This document shows, piece after piece, positions 1 to 8,129 of a stretch of DNA of 64,000 bases. Under the pieces are notes generated by a model. That model was not told the DNA's origin. It saw only the letters and a list, made by a program, of their open reading frames with translations, and ran no database searches. How positions within the stretch are numbered: position 1 is the first letter of the stretch; every line of letters starts with the position of its first letter. Position numbers and translations under genes: made by a program. Origin of the DNA: an uncultured Bacillales bacterium (GTDB lineage: Bacteria; Bacillota_I; Bacilli_A; RFN20; CAG-826); the NCBI GenBank assembly GCA_946414915.1, contig CAMKQK010000002.1:9377-73376 (forward strand), given 5' to 3'.

Positions 1-642
1 AAAGCATTAACTACTGTCCTAAAAAGGAACTCTTTTGTGGTCGACAGTGCTTTTGATGGTGAAGAAGCTCTATTATTCATTGATCAATATAAATATGACA
101 TTATCATCCTTGATATCATGCTTCCTAAAGTTAATGGCTTAGAAGTGCTCAAAAGAGCAAGAAGTAAGAAGATTAACACTCCAATTATTATGCTCACTGC
201 GAAAAGCACAACCGAAGATAAGATATTAGGTTTAGATTTAGGTGCAGATGACTATTTACCAAAACCATTTAATGTTGAAGAGCTTTTAGCCCGTATCAGA
301 GCGTTACTTCGTCGTAAACCCGCTTATGATGAATCAGAAGTTCTTGATTTTGGGGATCTAGAACTCGATATCAATACATTAACTTTAGCCACTAAAGAAG
401 ATAAGGTCACTCTGATGAATAAGGAAATGCAAATCATGACCTTATTAATGAAGGCTAAAGGTAATGTTGTTTCATTAGAAACAATCTCAAAGAATGCCTG
501 GGATATTGAATCATATTCGACGAGTGAAAATGTTTGGGTCTTTATTTCTTATTTAAGAAAGAAAATCGAAAAGATTAAATCAAATGTAAAGATTAAGTCT
601 ATTCGTTATCAAGGCTACTATTTGGAGTATCAAAATGATTAA
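1..642 (+). CDS. OmpR/PhoB-family response regulator (5' end runs off the window)
   Basis: Frame 1 is open from nt 1 (KALTTVLKRNSFVVDSAFDGEEAL...). Receiver-domain motifs (DIIILDIMLP, LTAK, PKPF) are followed by a winged-helix C-terminus. Overlaps the downstream kinase by 8 nt. Confidence 0.9.
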   Translation, partial: KALTTVLKRNSFVVDSAFDGEEALLFIDQYKYDIIILDIMLPKVNGLEVLKRARSKKINTPIIMLTAKSTTEDKILGLDLGADDYLPKPFNVEELLARIRALLRRKPAYDESEVLDFGDLELDINTLTLATKEDKVTLMNKEMQIMTLLMKAKGNVVSLETISKNAWDIESYSTSENVWVFISYLRKKIEKIKSNVKIKSIRYQGYYLEYQND

Positions 643-2056
643 GAAGTTAAGGCTTCGCTTTATCTTAAGCGCGTTATTTTCGATATTCCTTGTCTTAGCC
701 GCGACCATCGCGGCCATTAATATATCTAACTACGTGAAAGCGGCACGCGATACCGATACTCTTTTAGATCAAGTTGAAGAAAGAGAACGTGAATCATTAG
801 TGAAACAAAACTCTTTTGATTATACAACTCAAGGCCAAGGCCAAGGTCAAGGTGGCTGGGGTGGTCAACCAGGGCAGCCTGGACAGCCAGGACAACCAGG
901 TGGAGAAGGTCAGGGACAAGAACCACCAGAAAAGCCAAGTGAATTCCATTTCACAGTGTCTGATCCAAGCAAAGACGATCCACGTGGTCAATATTTTATT
1001 ACTGTTTTTAATACTGATGGTTCTGTGGAATATACCTATTTCCATATGATTTCCACAGATAAAGAAGCCGATCAACAAATGGCTATTGATGTCTTAGCGA
1101 GCAAGAAAATAAAAGGTAAAATTGGTAACTATTCCTATAAGGTAGACACTAAAACTGATACTGCGAAACAACGCTACTATTCTGGTTCGTGGAATACTAC
1201 TGGTTTTAGAATGGATTACGAGCTTGTGGACGAAGAAGTACCATTTACCGCGACATATGTCGTGTTCGTTGATACTACTGAAAGTAGAAACTATTTAAAT
1301 AACTGGTTAGCGACTTCTATTATTATCGCTTTAGTTAGTTATTCTATTATCGCTGCGCTTATTATTGTTTCTTCACACTTTGTTTTTAGAACTAGTGAAG
1401 AATCATATCGTAAACAAAAAGCGTTCATCACCAATGCATCTCATGAACTTAAAACACCTTTAACTATTATTAACACTGATGTTGAGATTCTTAAGATGGA
1501 CCATGGGGAAAACGAATGGACTGATTCTATCGCTGATCAAGTGAGAAGATTAACAATGATGACTAATCAATTAGTCACCCTTTCTAGACTTGATGAGGCT
1601 AATATGCAAAACTACCCATTCACTGTGTTTTCTATTTCCCAATTAGCGAAAGAATCCGTGGATGCGTTCTTACCAACATACGAAAAAGCGGGATTTATCT
1701 TTAAGAGTGATATTGATGAAGATATCGATGTACGTGCGAATAAATATTTAATTAATGAATTATTCTATATCTTCTTAGATAACGCGCTTAAGTATGCAAC
1801 CCCTAAAGGGGAAATCATCTTTAATGTTAAAAAGACTAATAAAAATAAATTAGAAATCTTATTCTCTAATGATACTGACGATAAAGAAGTTGATATTAAT
1901 CAACTCTTTGAAAGATTCTATCGTAGCCCGAAGAATAGTAAAAAAGAAGGCTCTGGTATTGGCTTAAGTATCGCTAAAGAGATCATTGAATTACATAAAG
2001 GTAAAGTCTCTGCTTCTTTAAGAAACGGTAAGATTTACTTCAATATTTCCTTCTGA
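635..2056 (+). CDS. Sensor histidine kinase with Gly/Gln/Pro low-complexity insert in the extracytoplasmic domain
   Basis: N-terminal TM and a second TM (SIIIALVSYSIIAALIIV), H-box NASHELKTPLT, N box LDNALKYA, G box GSGIGLSIAKEI. Coupled to the upstream regulator. Confidence 0.9.
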   Translation: MIKKLRLRFILSALFSIFLVLAATIAAINISNYVKAARDTDTLLDQVEERERESLVKQNSFDYTTQGQGQGQGGWGGQPGQPGQPGQPGGEGQGQEPPEKPSEFHFTVSDPSKDDPRGQYFITVFNTDGSVEYTYFHMISTDKEADQQMAIDVLASKKIKGKIGNYSYKVDTKTDTAKQRYYSGSWNTTGFRMDYELVDEEVPFTATYVVFVDTTESRNYLNNWLATSIIIALVSYSIIAALIIVSSHFVFRTSEESYRKQKAFITNASHELKTPLTIINTDVEILKMDHGENEWTDSIADQVRRLTMMTNQLVTLSRLDEANMQNYPFTVFSISQLAKESVDAFLPTYEKAGFIFKSDIDEDIDVRANKYLINELFYIFLDNALKYATPKGEIIFNVKKTNKNKLEILFSNDTDDKEVDINQLFERFYRSPKNSKKEGSGIGLSIAKEIIELHKGKVSASLRNGKIYFNISF

Positions 2057-2112
2057 AAACAAACTTAACAAAAAGATTTTTGATTTTAATTTCGTTTAAG
2101 TTTGTTTTTTTA
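2057..2112 (+). terminator. Rho-independent terminator after the two-component operon
   Basis: 12-bp perfect stem AAACAAACTTAA (2057-2068) / TTAAGTTTGTTT (2096-2107) running into a T-run. Confidence 0.7.
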
Positions 2113-2187
2113 ATATGGAACTGACAATAGAGGCTAACTATATACCCAACATCCCTCTTTTGTCATAACGGAAAGGAGGTCAAATAG

Positions 2188-2922
2188 ATGGACGTTATTA
2201 CTGTCATGAAACGTTACGAGATGAAGTTTATCCTTACTAAGGAACAGCTAGTATTCCTTAAGGATGCTTTAAAAGACCATATGGTAGTAGACCAATATGG
2301 TAAGACTTCAATCGCTTCCATTTATTACGACACTCCAGATTATCGCCTTATAAGAAGGTCCATTGAAAAACCCTCTTACAAGGAGAAGATCCGTTTAAGA
2401 AGTTATGGTCTGATTAAAAACGGTAAACCTGCATATTTAGAAATTAAAAGAAAATGTGAAGGTATTGTTTATAAACGCAGAGTGGAAACTTCAGAAGATG
2501 AAGTTACTAGATTCTTAAATAAAGAAATTGATGATATTAGCGAAGGTCAAATCGCTAAAGAGATGGTTTATTTTAGAGACATCTATCAAACTTTAGAACC
2601 TAAAATCATGATTGCCTATGATCGAACATCCTATAAAGAAATAGTGGGAGATATCCGTTTAACAATCGATGAAAATCCTCGATATAGAGCCTATGACCTT
2701 AATCTTCATACCTCCATGGATGGAGCGCCTCTTCTTCCATTAGGAAGTGCGATTTTAGAAATCAAAGTGCAACAAGAAATGCCTTTATGGTTAACAAGTA
2801 TTCTTTCCAAAGGAAAGATTTATAAAACCACCTTCTCTAAAGTTGGTGAAGCATTTAAGAAAGTCATGAACATTAACAATATGATCATAGAAAGGAAGAA
2901 GGAACATGAACTCGTTATTTAG
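2188..2922 (+). CDS. VTC-domain (polyphosphate-polymerase-like, CYTH-like) protein
   Basis: N-terminus KRYEMKFILT..., size and overall similarity to bacterial VTC-domain proteins. Strong RBS AAAGGAGG upstream. Followed by its usual DUF4956 partner. Confidence 0.75.
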   Translation: MDVITVMKRYEMKFILTKEQLVFLKDALKDHMVVDQYGKTSIASIYYDTPDYRLIRRSIEKPSYKEKIRLRSYGLIKNGKPAYLEIKRKCEGIVYKRRVETSEDEVTRFLNKEIDDISEGQIAKEMVYFRDIYQTLEPKIMIAYDRTSYKEIVGDIRLTIDENPRYRAYDLNLHTSMDGAPLLPLGSAILEIKVQQEMPLWLTSILSKGKIYKTTFSKVGEAFKKVMNINNMIIERKKEHELVI

Positions 2923-3604
2923 TTTATTAAGCAATGTTGATACAGTACTCGTGGCATTAATGGTCACTTTTATTGCTTTAATTATCAGTGTTCTTTTCAC
3001 TTTCCTGATTTCTTTAAAGATGAGAGGCACTAAAAGTTTCTTTGTGACTTCCGCGATTATGCCAATGATTGTGGCCGCGGTTGTCTCTATGGTTTCTATA
3101 TTCTTAGATCAAGCCACAACTGGAGTGGTACGAATCGCCACAATTGCGGTAGCTTTAGGCTTAATTAGATTTAGAAGTCAAAACGCTAAAGCAGAAGAGT
3201 TATTACTCTTATTTAGTGGTGTCGCTATTGGATTAATCAGTGGTTTAGGCTATGTCGTATTCGCTTTAATCTTCGCTTTAGTAATCGCAGGTTTATACAT
3301 TTTATTTACTAGCACTAAACTATTCTCTAATAAGAGATTTAATGGTGAAAAGTTATTAAAAATAACTATTCCGGAAACTTTAGAATATAGCGATGTCTTT
3401 TTAGATACGTTTGATCATTATTTAAAAAACAATGAACTAGTGGAAGTTAAGACCACAGCGATGGGATCTTTATTTAGACTTTCTTATCGCGTTGAGTTTA
3501 AAGATATCAAACAAGAAAAAGAATTCATTGATGAATTAAGAGTGAAGAACGGTAATCTTGAGATTTCGGTTCTTCCATATGTTGGTGAGGAGAAATCTTT
3601 ATGA
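2906..3604 (+). CDS. DUF4956-family membrane protein
   Basis: Multi-TM N-terminal half plus soluble C-terminal domain. Overlaps the VTC gene by 17 nt. This is the usual VTC partner arrangement. Confidence 0.65.
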   Translation: MNSLFSLLSNVDTVLVALMVTFIALIISVLFTFLISLKMRGTKSFFVTSAIMPMIVAAVVSMVSIFLDQATTGVVRIATIAVALGLIRFRSQNAKAEELLLLFSGVAIGLISGLGYVVFALIFALVIAGLYILFTSTKLFSNKRFNGEKLLKITIPETLEYSDVFLDTFDHYLKNNELVEVKTTAMGSLFRLSYRVEFKDIKQEKEFIDELRVKNGNLEISVLPYVGEEKSL

Positions 3605-5847
3605 ACAAGAAAGTATTTTTCATTCCATTAACCATGTTTCTTGCTCTATCTTTAGGAGCATGCAAACAAAAGTCACATAACAGTAATGAACCAAGTCAAA
3701 ACCAGAACACATCCTCTGTAAGTGGTGTGTCTCTTAACTATGAAGCTTTAACCATGTATGTCGGTAAAAGCGCGACTTTAACCGCCACCGTTGAACCAGA
3801 TACTGCCTCTAACAAGGAAGTTACTTGGTCATCAAGTGACACGAGTGTAGCCACAGTTAAAAACGGCACAATTAGCGCTCTTAAAGAAGGTAACTCTAAT
3901 ATTGTAGTGACCACTAAAGAAGGTAACTACACAGCTGCCTGTGCATTAACCGTGGTAACTGAAGAAGAGGATACTCCATATGTTCCAGATACAAGTGACA
4001 CAAATATCTACTTTGTGACTACTTCTAATCTAAATGAAGGAACATATGATTCTAGTAAGGATGAATATACTTTCTCCGTTAATAAAAACTATAAACAAAT
4101 CTATGTTAATGTTCCTGATAAAACCATTATCTTAGAACTCAATGGTGTAACTATTGAAAATAACGCCAATTCACCTATTTATGTAGAGGACTGCGATACC
4201 TTAGAGTTATCCGCGAAAAAGAGCACAACTAATAACATAAAAGATACACGTGGTGCCTATGTTACTGATCAACCAGGTCAAGGTAAGGGTGCAATATTTG
4301 TCAATAATGGTGACCTTAAACTTAAAGGTACAGGTACACTAAATATCAATGCTGGATATCTAAATGGTATTCACGGAAAAGATGATGTTAAGGTCCAAAA
4401 ACAAACATTAAATATAACCGCTGTTAATCACGCAATTAGAGGCAATGATAGTGTAACCATTACTAGTGGTACATTAGATATCTCTTGTGGTGGCGATGCC
4501 TTCCATACAGAGAATAGTGATGTTTCCTCAAAAGGTAATCAAAAAGGTGATGTCACCATAAATGGTGGTAACATCACTATTAACTCTTGGAGTGATGCTT
4601 TACAAGCCGCTCATGACGTGGTTATTGAAGAGTTAGATATGGAAGCTCCAATCAGCATGAATATTAAAACAAATAAGTATTCTTCCTATAGTGGTTCTAC
4701 TGTAGAAACAAGTACCTCAAACTTCTATTTAAGAATGAATAATTCTACCTACTCTAATGGTGGTTATACATATGCCGCTTTAATAAACGGACAATGGTAC
4801 GCTGCTAGCTATAAAGGCCCACAATCTAGTGGTAGTCAAGGTGGTCCTGGTGGAGGCGGTCATGGTGGTCCAGGAGGATCAAGTACATACCATATCTATC
4901 AAATTGCTAAACCAAGTGGTGCCACAAGCTTTACTTTATATCGCTTCCAAGGTAGTAATGTGACTTCATTTAACGCTGATAGTTATAACGCTATTAGTGA
5001 CGCTAAAGCCTTTAATGAAGCCTACGATATGGTCACTATCTCAGTGAGTAATAAAACGATTAGTTTCGGTAGCTGGGGTAATTATGCTTCAGGCAACTCT
5101 AATAGTGCAGATGTGTCCGCGAAAGGCATCAAAGCGGAAAACGAAATCTATATCAAATCTGGAACAATTAATATCAAAGCCTATGATGACGCAATCCACG
5201 CTAATAATGATGGCATTTTAGAAAACGGTACAACTCCATTAGGTAACATCAATATTTCTGGTGGTAGCTTAGTGCTTAACGCTAGTGATGATGGTATCCA
5301 CGCAGATAATATCGTTAATATCTCTGGTGGTGAAACACATGTTGAATCATCTTATGAAGGCATTGAAGGTAATGTCATCAACATTACAGGTGGTGAAACA
5401 TACGTCTATGCCACAGACGATGGTATGAACGCAACCAAGGGTAAAGCTAGCCCTGCTATTAATGTCAGCGATGGCTTCCTTGATGTGGAAGTTCCAACTA
5501 ACGGTGACACTGATGGTATCGATAGTAATGGAACATACAATCAAACAGGTGGTGTGGTCATTGTTAAAGGTCCAGGATCTGCAAGTGGTGCATCAGGTGG
5601 TGCAGCAGCTTTAGACACTGATGGTAGCGTTACTTTAAAAGACTGCACATTAATCATCTTTGGTGGCATGGAGAAGACTCCTAGCACCACAAATGTCACA
5701 AAGACAATTTGTTCTTCAACTACGGTTAGTACTGGTTCGCATTCAGTTTCATTCTCGTCTGGAAGTGCCAGCTACAATACAACACTAAAAACATCTTCAA
5801 AGGGATGCTTGGTCTATAGTGCGTTGGGTCAAGCAACATTGAAATAG
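3601..5847 (+). CDS. Surface lipoprotein with a Big_2 domain and a Cthe_2159-like beta-helix carbohydrate-binding domain
   Basis: Lipobox LSLGAC. Big_2-like segment (VTWSSSDTSVATV...). Repeated DD(A/G)IHA and (N/I)SGG beta-helix rungs. ATGA overlap with the upstream gene. Confidence 0.7.
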   Translation: MNKKVFFIPLTMFLALSLGACKQKSHNSNEPSQNQNTSSVSGVSLNYEALTMYVGKSATLTATVEPDTASNKEVTWSSSDTSVATVKNGTISALKEGNSNIVVTTKEGNYTAACALTVVTEEEDTPYVPDTSDTNIYFVTTSNLNEGTYDSSKDEYTFSVNKNYKQIYVNVPDKTIILELNGVTIENNANSPIYVEDCDTLELSAKKSTTNNIKDTRGAYVTDQPGQGKGAIFVNNGDLKLKGTGTLNINAGYLNGIHGKDDVKVQKQTLNITAVNHAIRGNDSVTITSGTLDISCGGDAFHTENSDVSSKGNQKGDVTINGGNITINSWSDALQAAHDVVIEELDMEAPISMNIKTNKYSSYSGSTVETSTSNFYLRMNNSTYSNGGYTYAALINGQWYAASYKGPQSSGSQGGPGGGGHGGPGGSSTYHIYQIAKPSGATSFTLYRFQGSNVTSFNADSYNAISDAKAFNEAYDMVTISVSNKTISFGSWGNYASGNSNSADVSAKGIKAENEIYIKSGTINIKAYDDAIHANNDGILENGTTPLGNINISGGSLVLNASDDGIHADNIVNISGGETHVESSYEGIEGNVINITGGETYVYATDDGMNATKGKASPAINVSDGFLDVEVPTNGDTDGIDSNGTYNQTGGVVIVKGPGSASGASGGAAALDTDGSVTLKDCTLIIFGGMEKTPSTTNVTKTICSSTTVSTGSHSVSFSSGSASYNTTLKTSSKGCLVYSALGQATLK

Positions 5848-5850
5848 TTT

Positions 5851-5904
5851 TCAGTGATAGGTTCCTTTCTCACGGAAAAGGTCAGGTCACTGATCTTTTC
5901 TTTT
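5851..5904 (+). terminator. Rho-independent terminator of the lipoprotein operon
   Basis: Outer stem TCAGTGA (5851-5857) / TCACTGA (5887-5893), inner CCTTT/AAAGG pairing, then TCTTTTCTTTT. Confidence 0.7.
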
Positions 5905-6151
5905 GCGCTAAATATATAAAAAGAAAGTGCGAGCGCACCCCCATGCAAGCAGGTGCCTGCACACACCTAAATGCGCATACAAAATATAAAAAGATAAATA
6001 ATTAATAAAAATTCATAAAAAATGTATTAAAAATAGCTAAAAATAATATAAATAACAAAAAATATTAAAAATTTTCATATTAAAAAAGTAAGACTATATC
6101 GAAGAAAAATAATATTAATAAAAAATAATTAAAAAATTTTTAAAAAAAGTG

Positions 6152-6185
6152 TTGCAATAAAAATTAAATAAGCGCATACTATAAT
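6152..6185 (+). promoter_or_regulatory. Candidate sigma-A promoter for the large RNA
   Basis: TTGCAA (6152-6157), then 17 nt, then CATACT (6175-6180). A perfect TATAAT lies at 6180-6185, but its spacer is 22 nt. About 160 bp of phased A-tracts lie upstream. The exact -10 is ambiguous. Confidence 0.35.
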
Positions 6186-6292
6186 AACCCACCAGGGAAA
6201 CTGAGTGGTAAGATAATAAGAATTGATAGATTCTTATATATCTTAAGTCCAGGTAAATCAATCAACGCAGGTACTTAAGTTGCTAAAGCGTT

Positions 6293-6440
6293 TCTGAGAT
6301 TAAAGAAAAAGCTCAGATCAATGATTGTACTGGCAGGTTGGAGCAATCCAATCAAGGGCAAAATCCTCACTGCTACAGTGGATGCTGAATTAGAGTTTGA
6401 CAGCGTAAGACCACCGCCCGACAAGATCGAAGAGGAAGAT
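6293..6440 (+). repeat. Structured unit 1 of the tri-partite RNA
   Basis: TCTGAG-[ATTAAAG...]-CTCAGA hairpin (6293-6317). CACTG-CTA-CAGTG (6368-6380). GCTG...CAGC (6384-6404). GTAAGACCACCGCCCGACA...CGAAGAGGA (6405-6436). Confidence 0.8.
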
Positions 6441-6598
6441 GAAGGCCAATAACCCATCAAACACCCCACATTCAGGCTAAAGCAACTCAAAACCTGAAAT
6501 AAGTTAGCTGGTCAGTAATGGCACAGCGAGCGAATGGGCGAAAACTTAGCCTTAAAAAGTAAGACGATCACCACTAAAACGACGTTGATAGTAAGGCT

Positions 6599-6745
6599 CT
6601 GGGATTAAAGCTCCCAGTTAATGATCGCAAAAGGCTGGAAATCCTTCGGGAAATCCAAACGGCAAACCTCACTTGAAAAGTGGTAGCTGAGTTAGAGCTT
6701 AACAGCGTAAAACCACCGCCGGACACAAAGACGAAGAGGGAAAAC
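6599..6745 (+). repeat. Structured unit 2 of the tri-partite RNA
   Basis: CTGGG-[ATTAAAGCT]-CCCAG (6599-6617). CACTT-GAA-AAGTG (6670-6682). GCTG...CAGC (6686-6706). GTAAAACCACCGCCGGACA...GACGAAGAGGG (6707-6740). Confidence 0.8.
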
Positions 6746-6908
6746 AAAGATCCAGTTATGAAAAACATAACGGAAAAGCCTAAATCGCATTACTCAACCT
6801 AACGTGAGATGATAGTAAGAGAACCCAGATGGAAATCTTACAAAGAAAAGGCCTAAAGAGCTTAAGACTAGGTCAGTCAACCACCTCCATTAACTGATTA
6901 TGGAGCCT

Positions 6909-7066
6909 CGAAGGATTAAAGAACCGTCGTTAACTGGTTGCACTAGCAAAGAATCATCAGAAATGGTGATTATCGGTACGATCCCACCTGACTGGCAACA
7001 GTCACCGGCATCTGCGTTAAAGCTTGGCAGAGTAAACCCGGCACCGGACATGACGAAGAGGATAAC
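6909..7066 (+). repeat. Structured unit 3 of the tri-partite RNA (most diverged)
   Basis: CGAAGG-[ATTAAAGAA]-CCGTCG (6909-6929, one mismatch). GACTG-GCAA-CAGTC (6990-7003). CTGC...GCAG (7012-7030). GTAAACCCGGCACCGGACATGACGAAGAGGA (7032-7062). Confidence 0.75.
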
Positions 7067-7202
7067 AGTTCCAAAGCTAATGACTTGGAAAAGCTGGCCA
7101 TTAATGCGCTACTCAGTTCAAAACGCATTTTACCAAGAAGCATCACCAGCGAACGCAGCTTAACTTGGGTATCTGGTAACAGGTACAACGGTTCAAAAGA
7201 AG

Positions 7203-7240
7203 GAAGCGGAAATTGTCCGCTTCTTTCTTTTTGTTTTTGT
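7203..7240 (+). terminator. Rho-independent terminator at the 3' end of the large RNA
   Basis: GAAGCGGA (7203-7210), loop AATTG, TCCGCTTC (7216-7223), then TTTCTTTTTGTTTTTGT. Confidence 0.85.
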
Positions 7241-7254
7241 ATTAAACTATTGGT

Positions 7255-8079
7255 ATGTACGATCCGCATTCAACTAGATATAAATATCCAGATTTTACTG
7301 ACCAACATTATTTAGTGGTGAAAAAGAATAATGGTGCTGTTTTTGATGAGAATTACCCATATATTGATAATTCTAAAGGCTTTAGATTTAAAAAATGGTG
7401 GGTACGTGTATTATTAAACTTAATTGTTTTCCCAATTTGTCCTATTTACATGGGATTAAAAATTAAAGGTAGAAAGAACTTAAAAATATATAAAGATGAG
7501 CTATCTAATGGAGCGATAACTGTCTCTAATCATGTCCATATGTGGGACTATATTGCCGTGATTAAAGCCATTAGACCAAGAAAACCAAGAGTGTTAGTCT
7601 GGGCCCCTAATGTTAGAGGGGAAAGTGGTACTTTAGTTAGATTAGTAGGGGGTATCCCTATCCCTGATAATGATTTAGGCGGCAAAGTAGCCTGTAATAA
7701 AGCAGTGGAACAATATCTCAATGATGGAGGGTTCCTACAAATATATGCTGAAGGTAGTATGTGGGAATGTTATCCATATATTAGGCCATTCCATACAGGC
7801 GCTATGTCTTTAGCGTGTCGACTTAATAAACCGATATTACCGATTGGTTTCTCTTTTAGAAAACCTAGTTGGATAAGAAAACATATATTTAAACAAGAAG
7901 TAGCGATTACTCTAACTATTGGTAAACCTTTATTTAAGGATGAAAACTTAAAAGAAGGTGAACAACGTATCGATTTAGCTAAACGAACACATCATGAAGT
8001 ATGTTTACTTGCGGATGTTGATCCTAAAGAAAATATCTACGAACCAATATTCAATAACTCAAAAAGAATCGATAAATAA
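7255..8079 (+). CDS. PlsC-family lysophospholipid/1-acylglycerol-3-phosphate acyltransferase-like protein
   Basis: HX4D motif NHVHMWD and YAEGSMW motif, plus an N-terminal TM. The start has no recognisable Shine-Dalgarno and lies 15 nt after the RNA terminator. Confidence 0.8.
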   Translation: MYDPHSTRYKYPDFTDQHYLVVKKNNGAVFDENYPYIDNSKGFRFKKWWVRVLLNLIVFPICPIYMGLKIKGRKNLKIYKDELSNGAITVSNHVHMWDYIAVIKAIRPRKPRVLVWAPNVRGESGTLVRLVGGIPIPDNDLGGKVACNKAVEQYLNDGGFLQIYAEGSMWECYPYIRPFHTGAMSLACRLNKPILPIGFSFRKPSWIRKHIFKQEVAITLTIGKPLFKDENLKEGEQRIDLAKRTHHEVCLLADVDPKENIYEPIFNNSKRIDK

Positions 8080-8080
8080 A

Positions 8081-8111
8081 ACAGTCACCTCTTTCCACAA
8101 GTGGTGACTGT
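8081..8111. terminator. Bidirectional terminator hairpin between convergent genes
   Basis: ACAGTCACC (8081-8089) / GGTGACTGT (8103-8111). A-rich on the left flank and T-containing on the right flank. Confidence 0.55.
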
Positions 8112-8129
8112 TATTCATTAGTGAGAGCA

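Larger units (their letters stand above)
6186..7240 (+). ncRNA. Large (~1 kb) structured non-coding RNA candidate made of three tandem paralogous units; class not recognised
   Basis: No ORF with an RBS in any frame. Three repeats of the same hairpin set show compensatory stem changes. Bounded by a candidate promoter and a strong intrinsic terminator. Visibly less AT-rich than the flanking intergenic DNA. Confidence 0.6.

Noticed and set aside
5990-6150. The AT-rich repetitive stretch considered as a CRISPR array or tandem-repeat (ToxI-like) antitoxin array.
   Set aside because: There is no fixed-length repeat/spacer periodicity and no exact repeat unit, only phased A-tracts. No cas or toxN-like gene is adjacent.
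6293-7066. Partial resemblance of the repeated motifs to known riboswitch or leader cores: GGCAAACC...GAAA like c-di-GMP-I, CCGCC...GGACA like ZTP, and reverse-complement GGCGGTGGT like a T-box.
   Set aside because: In each case only a few nucleotides match and the remaining hallmark positions are absent. Examples of the missing hallmarks are ACGCAAAGC for c-di-GMP-I, the full GGGTGGTACCGCG for T-box, and the specifier/terminator layout. In addition, the T-box-like string is on the wrong strand relative to the terminator.
6275-7315. Five short ORFs from the track inside the large intergenic region (6275-6490 -, 6574-6768 -, 6900-7163 +, 6970-7269 -, 7085-7315 +).
   Set aside because: None has an RBS. 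The two antisense ORFs share peptide segments only because the DNA is repeated. The repeats vary by compensatory stem changes rather than synonymous changes. The compositions are non-protein-like. They are best treated as by-products of a structured RNA.
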